Made by a program: the position numbers and the translations under genes. DNA of 63,973 nt, filler included, from Folioceros fuciformis (Eukaryota), in NCBI GenBank assembly GCA_049999805.1. It is 33 parts of 33 records of this genome, joined end to end, with 100 filler letters (N's around TTAATTAATTAA, not from the genome) between each part and the next. Parts side by side here need not be neighbours in the genome. Positions count along the whole stretch, not along the records: positions 1 to 3,318 come from JBNGIO010000194.1; positions 3,419 to 6,255 come from JBNGIO010000196.1; positions 6,356 to 8,360 come from JBNGIO010000198.1; positions 8,461 to 10,048 come from JBNGIO010000199.1; positions 10,149 to 11,431 come from JBNGIO010000200.1; positions 11,532 to 12,730 come from JBNGIO010000201.1; 27 more parts are not named here. One strand, 5' to 3'. The notes under the pieces are model-generated. The model ran no database searches. It saw only the letters and a list, made by a program, of their open reading frames with translations, and was not told where the DNA came from. Of the stretch, positions 1 through 12,830 are shown one piece after another. The first letter of the stretch is position 1; each line of letters opens with the position of its first letter.

Positions 1-53
1 ATACGGCCTCGACCTCCAAGCAGAAACAGGCCGACATTGCCCTCACAGTCTGC

Positions 54-3000
54 TTGGTAGCTTTTGAATATAAGACCTCTTGGCTATTGGATTTCGCTGC
101 CTCCGCGCATATATGTTGTCATCGTCATATGTTTTCTAATTATCTCCCTGCCGAAGATCAACCTTTTGTTCTTCTCGGCGACGACTCTGGCCTTACTATT
201 GCGGGCACTGGCACTGTTACTTTTACTCTTGAAGATGGTTCTGTGCTTCTTCTAAGTGATGTGCTACATGTTCCGCAAATGGTGAAGAATCTTATTTCCG
301 TTCGTCACTTGGTGAAGGACGGTACATTCCGGCTAGATTTTGGAAGAGGCGATTGCCTCCTCAGACGATCTATTGCTCTTGGGTGCGTGGTTGCCAGAGG
401 TTGTCCGCGGCATGATCTCTATGTCTTCTCCGCCGTACTAGTGATCACGGCTTCCTCGACCCCAGCTTCCGCAATGGCAATTGCAGTCGACAGAGGGAGT
501 TCCCGCATAGGTGACTCCCTATTATGGCATTCTCGGCTTGGACATATTAATCATGCTAAGCTTCTCGAGATGTCTAGGCAGGATTTATTTAGGGATAAGC
601 TACCTCACTTTTCACAAGACTCCACTATTATGTGAACCTTGTATATATGCTAAACAATGTAGCTTCCCCTATCCTACTCTCCTTGCCCGTCGAGCTACTT
701 AGCTCTTGGAGTTGGTCCATGTTGATCTTTGTGGTCCACTTCCCATCCTTTCACTTGGCAGCGCGTTGCATTTTATGACTATTGTTGACGACTATAGTCG
801 CTATACCTTTGCTATTCCGCTCAAGTTGAAGAGTGACTCCTTCGGCTCCTTTGCTGCTTTTGTCACTATGGCCAAGCTGCAAACCGGTTGCAAGCTTCGT
901 TGTATTAGATTTGACAATGCAAGGGAATTAAATAACTGGCAATTTAAGGATTTCTGTCTTGAGGGGGATTCTCTGTCAATTTACGGTTCCCTACACTTCT
1001 CAGCAGAATGGGGTTGCTGAAAAGGCCAACGGCGATCTGCTCGACATGGCACACGCTATGCTAGCCTGCGCTCAACTCCCCAAACCCTTCTAGGCCGAAG
1101 CGATTAATACTGCAGCGTATCTCCGCAATAGGGTACTTTCCAAGTCCGTTCTTGACCAGACACCCTTTGAGTCCTGGCATGGATATAAGCCTCTTATTAC
1201 TCATCTTCGGATTTTCGGTTGCGCCGCCTATGCTAATATTCCTTCTCAACTTCGCGACAAGCTTTTTGCTCATGCTCGCAAGCTGGTATTTGTTGGCTAT
1301 GGCGAGGACCGTAAGGCTTATAAACTGGTTGACTTGGATACCCATGCTATTGTATATGCTCGCACTATCACTTTTGATGAGGCTTGGTTAGCATCTGCTC
1401 GTTCTGAGTCCATGGATTCTACTTCGGCTCCTTCAGACGACTTTGCTTCTTCCGACCTAGGTGACCTTATGCCTGAGTTTTTGACTCAGCCCTTTGTTTT
1501 CCCGGACTTTGGTCCTACACCCACTGCTCCATCCTCGGCCTCTTCACCTCAAGCAGCACTTTATCCCTATTATTCCTGCTAGAGAGGGGGAAGATGAACA
1601 GGCCATTGTTGATCCTTATGAAAATAGAGTAGACTTTGGTGCTCTTAATCCACAAGACCCAAAGACTGTTCCTGCTCCACCTTCTCCTGTAATACTTGAT
1701 CCAGCCCCTGAGCGAAGATATCCTTTGCGTCATCGTCAACCGAGACACCTCTGGAATGAGATCCCCTTTGATTTAGAGTTCAATCAAGCTAGCTACACCA
1801 CCACCGCCGCATGTCACTTCAACACCTTTAGTGTTGCCCCTTCAGAGGGAGATCCTCTCGCTCTGCAAGAGGCATATTTGCGACCGGATGCAGCTAAGTG
1901 GAAGGTCGCTATTGATGATGAATATAATTCTCTTATCAAAAATAATACTTGGACTCTAGTAAACTTGTCGAAAGGCAGAACTACTGTCAAATGCAAGTAG
2001 GTTCTCAAAACTAAATTCCAGGAGGTTGAACCTCGTATTCGCTATAAGGCGAGACTAGTGGCTAAGGGTTATAGTCAGAAAGAGGGAGTGGACTATCAGG
2101 GCGATAAGGTTTATTCACCTGTAGTCAAGGCTACTTCCGTAAGAATGCTCCTGGCTTTATGTACCGAGCTTAATCTGGAAATTTATCAGCTTGATGTTTG
2201 TACTGCTTTCCTTTATGGTCATCTGCAAGAAGAGATCTATATGGATCAACCAGAAGACTATGAAGATAAGCAATATCCAAATAAGGTTTGTAAACTTATT
2301 CGTTCTATTTACGAATACATGGCGTCATAGGTGTTAAGCTTTCATTTGCTACCTGTTCACAATCAGAACAGGAAAAGAAAGAGATGGAAAATATTCCTTA
2401 TCGTATGGGAGTTGGTACTCTCATGTTCTTAAGTAATTAGACCAGACTTGATATCTCAAATACTGTAAATGCTATTGCTCAGTTCTCAGAGAATCCAAGA
2501 AAGGATCACTGGGTTGCTCTTAAGCGTATCATGCGGTACCTCAAGGGTACTCCAAATTATGGCCTTTGCTTCAAGCCTAGCGGAAAGAAGCATCTGCTAC
2601 TGACATGCTTTGTCGATGCAGATTGGGCTTCCGACGCAGACATTCGAAAAAGTATCTCAGCATATTGCTTTCTTGCTAGCTCCACTGTTGTTAATTGGTC
2701 TTGTAGAAAACAAGCTGCAATATCACTTTCGTCAACAGAATCGGAGTACAAAGCACTCACTGAAGCCATGAAAGAGGCTGAATGGGAAAGAAAGCTATGT
2801 GAAGATTTGGATATGAAGCAGGAAGGACCAACAGTGCTTAATTGTCATAATATGTGAGCCATTGCTCTTGTCGCTAATCCTGTCTTCCAAGCGCGCACAA
2901 AGCATATTGAGATTCAACACCATTATATTTGTGACGCTGCTGAGAGGGGAATTGTTAAGGTACAGTATGTACCCACAGACGACAAAATAGTAGATATACT

Positions 3001-3080
3001 GACAAAATCCCTGCCGAAGTTTAAACATTGCTTCCACAGAGAAAGGCTTGGATTGGTTGACTGTAGTAGCCTTTTGAAGT
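54..3080 (+). mobile_element. pol: Ty1/copia pol, family A (protease, GAG-pre-integrase, integrase, RT, RNase H), degenerate
   Basis: WLLDFAASAH (protease), LWHSRLGH, ELVHVDLCGP, KGYSQKEGVDY, QLDVCTAFLYG, DADWA and SSTESEY, in copia order. Many stops and frameshifts; deletion near 2312-2320 removes the YVDD region. Confidence 0.96.
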
Positions 3081-3224
3081 TAGACCAGTCACACATTTGG
3101 TGAGGCGTATATTATCACAGAACGTTCAGTTACTTGAAGTTGACAGCTATTGTAGACCGCTTGCTTCAATCTTACTTGCGGCCGGTGACGATCGTTGAGT
3201 TGAGTTTAGTTGAAGACCGTAGTA

Positions 3225-3318
3225 CTTATACAATACTCCAGCGGCAAATCAGCCTCCTTGGCTGAATCCGTAAGAGCTTTGTACTCGGCCTCCGTGGATG
3301 AAAGGGCTATTGATGCCT
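3225..3318 (-). mobile_element. Inverted copia RNase H fragment
   Basis: Minus strand reads ASIALSSTEAEYKALTDSAKEA. Confidence 0.85.
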
Positions 3319-3824
3319 NNNNNNNNNNNNNNNNNNNNNNNNNNNNNNNNNNNNNNNNNNNNTTAATTAATTAANNNNNNNNNNNNNNNNNNNNNNNNNN
3401 NNNNNNNNNNNNNNNNNNAGCTGACTCTTTGCTGTGCAGAAGCTAGGGTAGTATTTTGTGTAAGATGAGAAGTAGGCTGCCCACTCCGAGTATGAAGACG
3501 AAACAGGTTATGATTTGATGATCCATAAACCAAAACCTTGGTATGATCATAAGCATCTATCACCTGACATTCAGTAGTTGTAAATAAAACATGGCTGATA
3601 ACACACCTAACCTAACCACTCTTAGGTTTTATCACAAAATTGGGTATTTTTTATTATTGAAAAAGAGATGAAAAGTCTCATCTATTCCAACATCTACTCC
3701 AAAAATTAGAGGAACAACCCGAGCAAGCCTAAAGGCCAAAATGGGTACTAGCCCCTTCGAATATCATTCTCAAAAACTACTATTGCTCCCAAAATGTCAT
3801 GATGTGGAATAACAAAAGACCTAC

Positions 3825-4700
3825 CTACTTCTGGTGCAGAAGAAGCCGCTTGCTTATTGCTATTCTAAAAATCGCATTGGCCAATGCTCGTTGCAAAGCA
3901 ATGGATACGCGTTGTCGAAAAAAGGCCACCACATGGGAAAGAGAGAGAACACCATTCTTATTACTCTGATAAACCTTGGCACTCCTTGATAAACCTTGAA
4001 AAGTCCTTGCCCATAGCCTCATGAGTCTCAAGAGAAGTATGTCCCTCTTGCAAAAGTATAAAAGTATGTCCCTCTTGCAAGAGAGAATACTTATGGACTT
4101 TAGCACTTGCACAACCCTCTGCCACCCAACCGGGGGGGTTGATAATGACATGCTCGCAAATTGAATCCCTAGTAGAATCCGTAACGACCACATCAGCAAC
4201 ACAAACCTATTCCCCCCTAGTGAAAAAAAAGGTTGGCTCTAAGTGAAACCCCGTTGTACAGAGTATATGGACGCTGCCTATACGGAAGAAACCCACACTC
4301 CCTAGTCATTGAGAACGTGACATCCTAAACTGTATTATGGGTGGCAATGCGCCCTCGAATGGGACAACGTGCCCGATAGGACCCTATATTGACAATGACG
4401 ACCCCACAACTGCATATAGAGAGAGAAAAGGCCAAAGGGTGGGCCAAACATAAGCGAAATCTGATCACAGTGGCAAAAGTTGCTGGTGCGATTCGAAACG
4501 CCTTAATGCAAGGTCGAGCGAAAAGCCAAGAGCCCGAACCTGAACCTGAATAAGATCGAATACGAGCTTGAGAAGACTTAGGGATGGATGAGTCTGAAAG
4601 AAGGGCTCTCAGTGCTTGGCCATATTGCTTTTCTAAGAGGGAGGCTTGGAGACCCCTCAACCCTTCCCTAGAATAAAAGGTGAAAGGAGGTAGAGCCTCA
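3825..4700 (-). mobile_element. CRE-clade non-LTR retrotransposon C-terminus (Zn knuckle + restriction-like endonuclease), degenerate
   Basis: Across frameshifts: ARIRSYSGSGSGSWL, IRFRL, CSCG...RC..RGRIATHN, DVVVTD, AKVHKY, ETHEAMG, RQRVSIALQRALANAI. Cut at 4701 by LTR-A. Confidence 0.8.
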
Positions 4701-6255
4701 TATGGAGGCAAAACCCCGGGCACTGATTGCCAACGGGTTCCACCTTCAGTGGCCACACTTATCCCATTGTCGTTGAGATATTGGGTTTCGTTCCCACGAA
4801 GGAGTGATGGGGTTCCTTGCTGCTGTGGATGGAGGGTCGAACTTGATCGACTCGATGATGGATTCGAGGGCTCCCCTCCAGCTCTGATCAGGCGTAGGAC
4901 AGGCCTCGCTGTCCGGCGGTCAGCTGCACCTTTCTCGGTGCCCACAAACTCACTCCAGTCACTACAACGACCCTAACCTCTTACATCTGCGACTTCCCTC
5001 ACTCACTTCACTCACTCTCTCACTCCAGCACCAACACCAGCAACTAACAATGACACCACTACCTTCTACAGTTCCCTACTGACTCCTCCTACCCGGCAAG
5101 AGTCACTAGACTAACCCCAAAGAAAAGAAAGAAGGGAACACACTCCCCTCTTGGATATCTGCTCCCCACAACCTTACCAGATGCCATGAGATATGGCCGG
5201 CCTACAGCACTTGTCCAAGCAAGGAACAAGAGTGGACAGGTCGAGAGAAAGACACATCCTTTACAATCAACAACTAGGGGCAAGCCCCTTCACCCTGGTC
5301 ATTACACCTTGTGATCCTACGAGACACTATACAACCGGCAACACGCTGCCCGCGATCCTACCAAACACTGGACAGCCGGCAACACGCTGCCTGTGATCCT
5401 ACCAGACACTGTACAGCCAGCAACACGCGGCTTGCGATTCTACCAGACGTTGCATAGCCGGCAACACACTGCAGGTCCTAAACCAAGCAGGGACAAACCA
5501 CAAGAGCTCGTGAAGAGAGGACCTCCAAGAGCTCACGAAGTGACAGACTGACTCCCAAAGTGAATGACTCCCTCCTCGTACAAGCTCACCTGATCTTATA
5601 GGAGCCTCTCTCTCTCTTTGACTTCACCTCTCTCTAACTTGAGAAATATTATTTTAATAGGACCACTCGCCTAGCCGGCTATCACCAGCCACTTATTTAG
5701 ACTTCTGGCACATCCTGCCCCCAATGAGCTCCTGGCCCTACCACCACAAGGATCTACCACCTCTTAGACTATCCTGAGACTTCGGAGGATGTCTGATCTT
5801 CAAAGATATGCGGACGCCGCCTCTTCCTTGCTGGATGGCCGCCCGCTAAGTCTTCCCCTGCAATTGTTCACCCTTGGTGGCTGAGCCAGCCTCCAGGGGA
5901 AGAGTATGAGAAGTGGGAAAGATAGAGAGGAGGTGGGAGGCAATGGGATCAGCAGCTGGAACTTGGCCTGAAAACGGTAGCTTATTCAGCGGGATCAGCT
6001 TCCAGCCGAAATGGTTCCTCAGCCATGGAAGACTAACCGCGAGGTGCTGGAATAGGCCCCGAACTAGGAGGAAAAGAAAGCAGGTGAAACAGAGTTGAAT
6101 TGGAATTTCAGGAATTAAATCCATAAAAATAGGGGTGAAAATAGAGAAGGGGAAAGTAGGAAAATAAAAAGAAGAAATACGGGTATATGTATAAGTACAT
6201 ATTAAATACGTATCTAACCGTATAAAATATAAGGAGAGAGGAGGGGTATACGTAT
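4701..6255 (+). repeat. LTR-A (~1.6-kb solo-LTR-like repeat), near-complete copy
   Basis: Starts TATGGAGGCAAAACCCCGGG (TGTGG... in other copies); four 41-bp internal units at 5313-5475; stops at the gap just short of the ...CCCTAAAACA end. Confidence 0.88.
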
Positions 6256-6355
6256 NNNNNNNNNNNNNNNNNNNNNNNNNNNNNNNNNNNNNNNNNNNNT
6301 TAATTAATTAANNNNNNNNNNNNNNNNNNNNNNNNNNNNNNNNNNNNNNNNNNNN

Positions 6356-6510
6356 AAGCACAACGACGGTCGCCGAAGGGAGGTAGCTGAAGCACAATGA
6401 TGGTCGCCAAACGGAGGTAGCCGAAGCACAACGACGGTCGCCGAAGGGAGGTAGCCGAAGCACAACGACAGTCGCCGAAGGGAGGTAGTCGAAGCTCAAC
6501 GATGGTTGCG
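6356..6510 (+). repeat. ~34-bp tandem repeat (GCCGAAGCACAACGACGGTCGCCGAAGGGAGGTA), ~4.5 units
   Basis: Direct reading; array runs into the gap. Confidence 0.9.
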
Positions 6511-6639
6511 GAATTAGCAACCCAAGGTTGCTGAAACCTCTACCTACACCAGGAGGCGTGGAATAGCAATAATTGCACCCAGAGTGGCAGGATGCACTCC
6601 AGCATCCTTGGAAGGCAGCCTTGGAGGGCAGAGAGTGGA

Positions 6640-8250
6640 CAGCCAGCAGTAGGAGTGAGGTGGATATTTTATGGAAGGATTTGCCAATCAGCAGCATGGA
6701 AGGAAGGCCTGCAGCCAATCAGCAGCATGGAGGGAGAGCCTGAAGATTTTATGGCAGGGGAAGGTGGGCTAGAAGAATAAATAGGAGGAGAGAGAGTGGC
6801 GCTAAGGTAAGCTAGGAGTGGCTGCATCCTAAAATAGTATTTAAATAAGATTTGGCAAGATGCTATCATGACCTGGTGCCGCCTGCCATTAAGAGCACCT
6901 TTTCTAAAGTTGACTATTTTAAAACTAGACTTTATGACGGGTTGTGACTCCCGCTCTTGGAAACTCTGTACAAAGGGGGCCTGTTGGTGCCTCTCTGATT
7001 AGCAAATGTTTGAGACTCCTCCCGGTTGAGATCCCCTGCGCTGACCATGGCTAGACTGGAGATGTCTGGGTGAGGCAGTGAGTGCGAGACACTCCTAGGG
7101 GTGGTTGAGAATTTTTGCTCCACAGTTGAAAGTGAGGAGGACTAATCTGCGAGTTGCGCAGAGTGGAAGGAACACCTCCTTCCCTTATTCCCCAAACAAC
7201 CAGTTGTATTCTGCAGTGGACAGTGAGGGGGACGAATCCACAGCTGCTGGAGTGGAGGGAGAGCTTCTCCTTCCCTTATTCCTTGAACGGTTAGCTGCAT
7301 TTTTAATCTGGAGTTGAGAGAAAAGCGTGAGTGAGGAGGAGAAGGAGGCTGAAGGAGTGAGTGAAAAGAGAAGAAGGCTGAAGGAGTGAGTGAGTGGAGA
7401 AGGAGAAGGAGGCTGAAGAAGTGAGTGAGTGGAGAAGGAGAAGGAGGCTGAAGGAGTGAGTGAGGACTGATTTTGGTCTGTATTTGAGGAGAGGGGGACG
7501 AATCCATCGCTGCTGGAGTGGAGGGAGTGTTTCTCCTTCCCTTATTCCTTGAACCATCAGCTGCGTGCTGAATCTGGTGAGGAAGAGAGAGTTAAGAAAC
7601 TGAGGAGAGCTAAAGAGTGCTGCAAGATTGCTGGAAGAATCGCTGAGAAATTGTGAGAAGGGCTGCTGAGGGTTGGACGAGATTGCTGGGGAGTTTCTTA
7701 GGAATCCCTGGACAGTTCTGGAGGACTGTGGAAGGTCGTTGGAGTTGCTGTAAGATTGCTGGAGAGCTGGAAACATTGCTGGAGAACCGAAGAGAAAACG
7801 GCTGAGAAGATTGCTAGAGAATGGAGGAAGAATGCTGAAGATTGGATGCGAAATGTGGAGAGTTTATGCAAGATTTCGAAGTGTTTGTGAGTGGCTGTGG
7901 GAGCTTGTTGAAGCCCATGGGAGATTGTGAGGGATTGTGAGGAGTGGTGAAGAATTTGCTAGAAGACTTTGGACACTGCTAGAGACTGAGTCCCTTGGGG
8001 ACAGGCCTGTGAGAATAACTGTGATCCAGAGCTCTTGTGTGTGTTTTGTGTGTGAGGGGAGTGTTGCATAAGTGTGTGGGGAGGTGTGGCTGATTCGCAA
8101 GGCTTCGTTCCCAAAGGATCAGCCCTTGCATGTGTGAGGAGCATGGAATAAGCCTAGCTCTGTGAGTCTGGAAGGACCTAGGCAGAAACCCGTAGGTGGA
8201 AACCCGCAGCGGCGCATGCGCCAGAATAAATAGTTAGGGTTTTAGGGTGG
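6640..8250. repeat. Unclassified repeat family D, most diverged copy
   Basis: Shares EVDILWKDLP-coding stretch, TAAGAGC, CTTTATG, TGTACAA and GAGTGGA...CCTTCCCTTA with 31191-32460 and 40236-41950; GA-rich tandem at 7330-7465. Confidence 0.6.
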
Positions 8251-8252
8251 GT

Positions 8253-8360
8253 CCCACCATGGAAGTGGAAAGACAACGGACGTTATGGAGCCCACCACGG
8301 TGGTGGAAAGACGACGGACGTTGTGGAACCACCACGGTGGTGGAACGACGACGGACGTTG
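8253..8360 (+). repeat. ~38-bp tandem repeat (CCACCACGGTGGTGGAAAGACGACGGACGTTG...), 3 units
   Basis: Direct reading; the core CCACCAC-G-GTGGTGG is palindromic. Confidence 0.85.
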
Positions 8361-8952
8361 NNNNNNNNNNNNNNNNNNNNNNNNNNNNNNNNNNNNNNNN
8401 NNNNTTAATTAATTAANNNNNNNNNNNNNNNNNNNNNNNNNNNNNNNNNNNNNNNNNNNNGCTGGTGGCAACCATGGCTCCCAAACGTGAGGTAGGAGGC
8501 GAGAAGGCTGAGGAGTGGGATGAACACCATGTCCTAGGCTCGTGTGTGACGGTCAGTGGGTGGAAGATTTTCCTTGAAGTTAAACTATGCTGCAGTAAGC
8601 CCGTGAGGGTGGAGGAGAGCTGCGTCTTGCCAGCATACATGGGAGATAGCGCCTGCTTGCTCAAACCACTTCACGAAGCAGAGAAGTTGCTCCAGTTGCT
8701 CAAAGAGAAGCAAGAGAGGGAGAGGTGATCATCCAGCACCCAGGTCAGTTTTAAAACGTGGAGCTTCATCCACCTGTTGTTGGTATTAAGATACTGTTGT
8801 TACTATTGTTTAGTCTATTGCTAATGAGCACACTGCTGCTGTGTAACCCTCCCTATCTCATAACTGTAGGCAAAAATAGGAGACACCAGGTGGCTGGAAA
8901 CAAAGCACAACTGTAACAACAACATCAGAGGACTAGGTCCTCACCCGTAAGG

Positions 8953-10048
8953 CCCCCTCTCACTGTGCATTGAAGTACTAGCTGTAATTAAACAGTCCAA
9001 GGCCATCCATATGTTTTTGATGTTTGTCTTTGGGAAGGGCCTTTGTTAGGATGTCAGTTGTGTTGCCATCTGTAGGCACATAAAGGATTTTAACGATTCC
9101 CCTCTTAGCTGCATCCCTAACATAGTGGTGGTGGATCTCGATATGTTTTGTCCATGCATGGAAGCGGGGGTTAGCCACCATGGCGATCACAGACTGGTTG
9201 TCACAAAAGAGGTGAGTGGGACCATCCTATGTCTCTCCTATATCCTTCAAAAAAGCATGCTCCCATTCAACTTCTTTTGTGGCATTGGTAAGGGACTTAT
9301 ATTCATCCTCAGTGCTGGATAGGGCTATACTGGTCTGATTCTTGTAGCTCCAGTTGACAGCTGCTTGGGACAAGAGGAAAGCATCCGTGAAGTGGCTTTT
9401 TTTGGAGTCACTGTTAGAAGCCTAGTTAGTGCCAGTGAACCCTTGCAAAGATAAGTACCTCTTACCACTGCTCCTGTAGCATAGGCCTATATGGTACGTC
9501 CCTTTCAAGTATCAAAATATTCTCTTTACACCATGGCCAAGATGCTCTAAGAACTATGAAATAGTGCTGACTGAATGCTGAATGTCGGGTCGTGTCCAGT
9601 TACTAACAAAAATTAGACTACCCACAGCATGACGATATGGAACGTCCTGCATGTCTAGCTGGTCAGCTTCAGTTGTGGCACATTCATATCTTGTGAGCTT
9701 GGCACCTACTGCACGTAGAGTAGCTGCAAGATGTGTCTGGCCCATGTTGAACTTGTGCAGAATCTATGTTATGTACTTATGTTGGTGTATTATGAGCAGT
9801 CTCTCAGAACACACCCTTAACACCTGAATACCAAGGCAAATAGGAGATCTCCACCGTCTGTCATCTCAAATGTTTCCCTTAACATGTCCTTAACGTGTGT
9901 GAGCAGGGATGTGTCATTGGTTGCAAGTATCACGTCGTCTACATAAAGGGCAAGAATCATGTAAGTATCCCCTTTCTGCAACACATACACATTTGAATCT
10001 ACTTGGCATTGGCAAAAACCAAGGCCTTTAAGAGCTTTGTCACAACGC
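8953..10048 (-). mobile_element. pol: Ty1/copia RT-RNase H fragment with polypurine tract, degenerate
   Basis: ALYVDD near 9935-9950, PYRHAVGSLIFVSNWTRPDI, TKHIEIHHHYVRD; GAGAGGGGG tract at ~8953-8961 on the minus strand after the stop. Confidence 0.92.
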
Positions 10049-10179
10049 NNNNNNNNNNNNNNNNNNNNNNNNNNNNNNNNNNNNNNNNNNNNTTAATTAA
10101 TTAANNNNNNNNNNNNNNNNNNNNNNNNNNNNNNNNNNNNNNNNNNNNATATTTAATATGTTGCGTCACCGTTGTGGAG

Positions 10180-11230
10180 TTTGGTCTGCGACTGAAATGT
10201 CTAAGGACAGACAATGGGGGAGAGTATGTTTCGAAGGCTTTTCAGTCTTTCTGTAATTCCAAAGGAATCAGGAGAGAATTGACTGCTCCGTACACTCCTC
10301 CTCAGAATGGTGTGACCGAACGGATGAACAGGACCATGCAGGAGAGGATGCGTAGTTTGTTGTCAAACTCTGGATTGCCTAACGGATTTTGGGCAGAAGC
10401 AGTGGCTACTGTGGTGCATCTTATTAACAGATCTCCTAATAGGGCTATGGATGAACAGGTTCCAGAGGAGATGTGGTCTGGAAACCCGCCATGTTTGGCT
10501 GCGAGGCATACTTCCATGTTCCGAAGGAGTTTCGGGACAAGTTGGCTCCCAAGTCCAAGAAATGTATCTTTCTTGGCTATGGTGAATCTGGTGAGATGGG
10601 ATACCGTCAGTGGGATCCAGAAGCCAAGGGGATGGTTCGCAGCAATGACGTGTTCTTCAATGAGACTAAGATGCACAAGAAGCCTACTCCAACTGTGGAG
10701 GTGCGACGGGTAGTTTTCCAAGAAGATGGACTTGACCATCCTGTGCAGGTTGAACGTCGTGATGTGCAGGAACAAGTTCCTCCACTTGTACAAGAAGCGA
10801 GAGGGCAACCAGCTTCGGTCGAGGGGCCAGTGCTTCGTAGGTCAGGAAGGATCTCACGTCCTCCTAACAGGTATGTTGCATCTCTTGATTATGTCATGTT
10901 GACGAATTGTGGGGAGACCTCTTGTTACCAAGAGGCCATGTCAGTGAATGACAAGGACAAGTGGGAGAAAGCGATGCAGTTGCAGATGGATTCGCTCCAC
11001 AAGAACCAAACTTGGGAATTGGTTCGGTTGCCTAAGGGCAAGAAGGCGTTGCCATGCAAATGGGTGTATAAGATGAAGGACATACCCCATTATGGCAAAC
11101 CCAAGTACAAGGCACGATTGGTTGCGAAGGGTTTTAAGCAACAGCAAGGTATTGACTTTGATGAGATTTTCTCACTGGTTGTAAAAATGACCACCTTGCA
11201 ATGTGTTCTTGGTCTAGTTGCGAGGCTCGA
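10180..11230 (+). mobile_element. pol: Ty1/copia family B integrase + RT start
   Basis: LRTDNGGEY, PPQNGVTERMNRT, KCIFLGY, KALPCKWVYK, KARLVAKGF; interrupted by LTR-A at 11231. Confidence 0.95.
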
Positions 11231-11431
11231 TGTGGAGGCAAAACCCCGGGCACTGATTGCCGACGGGTTCCACCTTTAGTGGCCACACTTATCCCACTGT
11301 CGTTGAGACATTGGGTTTCGTTCCCACGAAGGAGCGATGGGGATCCTTGCTGCTGTGGTTGGAGGGTCGGACTTGATGAACTCGGTGATGGATTCGAGGG
11401 CTCCCCTCCAGCTCCGATCAGGCGTAGGACA
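11231..11431 (+). repeat. LTR-A 5' part inserted in copia RT
   Basis: TGTGGAGGCAAAACCCCGGG begins mid-RT. Confidence 0.9.
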
Positions 11432-11676
11432 NNNNNNNNNNNNNNNNNNNNNNNNNNNNNNNNNNNNNNNNNNNNTTAATTAATTAANNNNNNNNNNNNN
11501 NNNNNNNNNNNNNNNNNNNNNNNNNNNNNNNGTTGGCACCTCTTCATGGCGACTTTCCGGCACAGCAAGGACTTACCACTGTTTTTCCTACAGCTTCGAT
11601 TGGAGAAGGACTCAACCTTGCACCCATGAAGATCGAGGCCGATTCTTTGCCTCCTCCTCATCGTGGTTTGGCAATG

Positions 11677-12730
11677 TGTGGAGGCAAAACCCCGGGCACT
11701 GATTACCGACGGGTTCCACCTTTAGTGGCCACACTTATCCCACTGTCGTTGAGACATTGGGTCTCGTTCCCACGAAGGAGCGATGGGGTTCCTTGCTGCT
11801 ATGGATGGAGGGTCGGACTTGATCGACTCGATGATGGATTCGAGGGCTCCCCTCCAGCTCCGATCAGGCGTAGGATAGGCCTCGCTGTCCGGCGGTTAGC
11901 TGCACCTCTCTTGGTGCCCACAAACTCACTCCAGTCACCACAACGACTCTAACCTCTCAGATCTGCGACTTCACTCACACACTTCACTCACTCTCTCACT
12001 CCAGCACCAACACCAGCAACTACTAGCAACCAGCAACGTCACCACTACCTTGTACACTTCCCTACTGACTCCTCCTACCCGGCAAGAGTCACTAGACTAA
12101 CTCCAAACAAAAGAACGAAGGGAACACACTCCCCTCTTCGGTATCTCCTCCCCACAACCTTACTAGACGCCATGAGACATGGCCGGCCTACAACACTTGA
12201 CCAAGCAAGGAACAAGAGTGGACAGGTTGAGAGAAAGACACACCCTTTACAATCAAGAGCTAGGGGCAAGCCCCTACACCCTAGTCATTACACCTTGTGA
12301 TCCTACTAGACACTATACAATCGGCAACACGCTGCCCGCGATCCTACCAGACACTGTACAGCCGGCAACACACGGCTTCGATCCTACCAGACGTTGCACA
12401 GCCGGCAACACACTGCAGGTCCTAAAAACCAAGCAGGGACAGACCACAAGAGCTCATGAAGAGAGGACCTCCAAGAGCTCACAAAGAGATAGACTGACTC
12501 CCAAAGTGAATGACTCCTTCTTCCTACAGGCTCACCTGATCTTATAGGAGCCTCTCTCTCTCTCTGACTTCACCTCTCTCTAACTTGAGAAATATTATTT
12601 TAATAGCCTAGCCGGCTGTCACCAGCCGCTTATTTAGACTTCTAGCACAACCTGCCACCAATGAGCTCCTGGCCCTGCCACCTCAAGGATCTACCACCTC
12701 TTAGACTATCCAGAGACTTCGGAGGATGTC
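11677..12730 (+). repeat. LTR-A partial copy
   Basis: TG start; three 41-bp units. Confidence 0.9.
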
Positions 12731-12830
12731 NNNNNNNNNNNNNNNNNNNNNNNNNNNNNNNNNNNNNNNNNNNNTTAATTAATTAANNNNNNNNNNNNNN
12801 NNNNNNNNNNNNNNNNNNNNNNNNNNNNNN

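Noticed and set aside
3363-3374. Recurring TTAATTAATTAA palindrome as a biological motif
   Set aside because: Always centred in a fixed N44/N44 spacer; an assembly linker with six-frame stops.
5313-5475. CRISPR-like 41-bp periodicity (also 6356-6510)
   Set aside because: Head-to-tail tandem units with no unique spacers.
4680-6124. Short ORFs recurring in LTR-A copies as real genes
   Set aside because: They recur only because the DNA repeats; starts, stops and frames differ between copies; no motifs.
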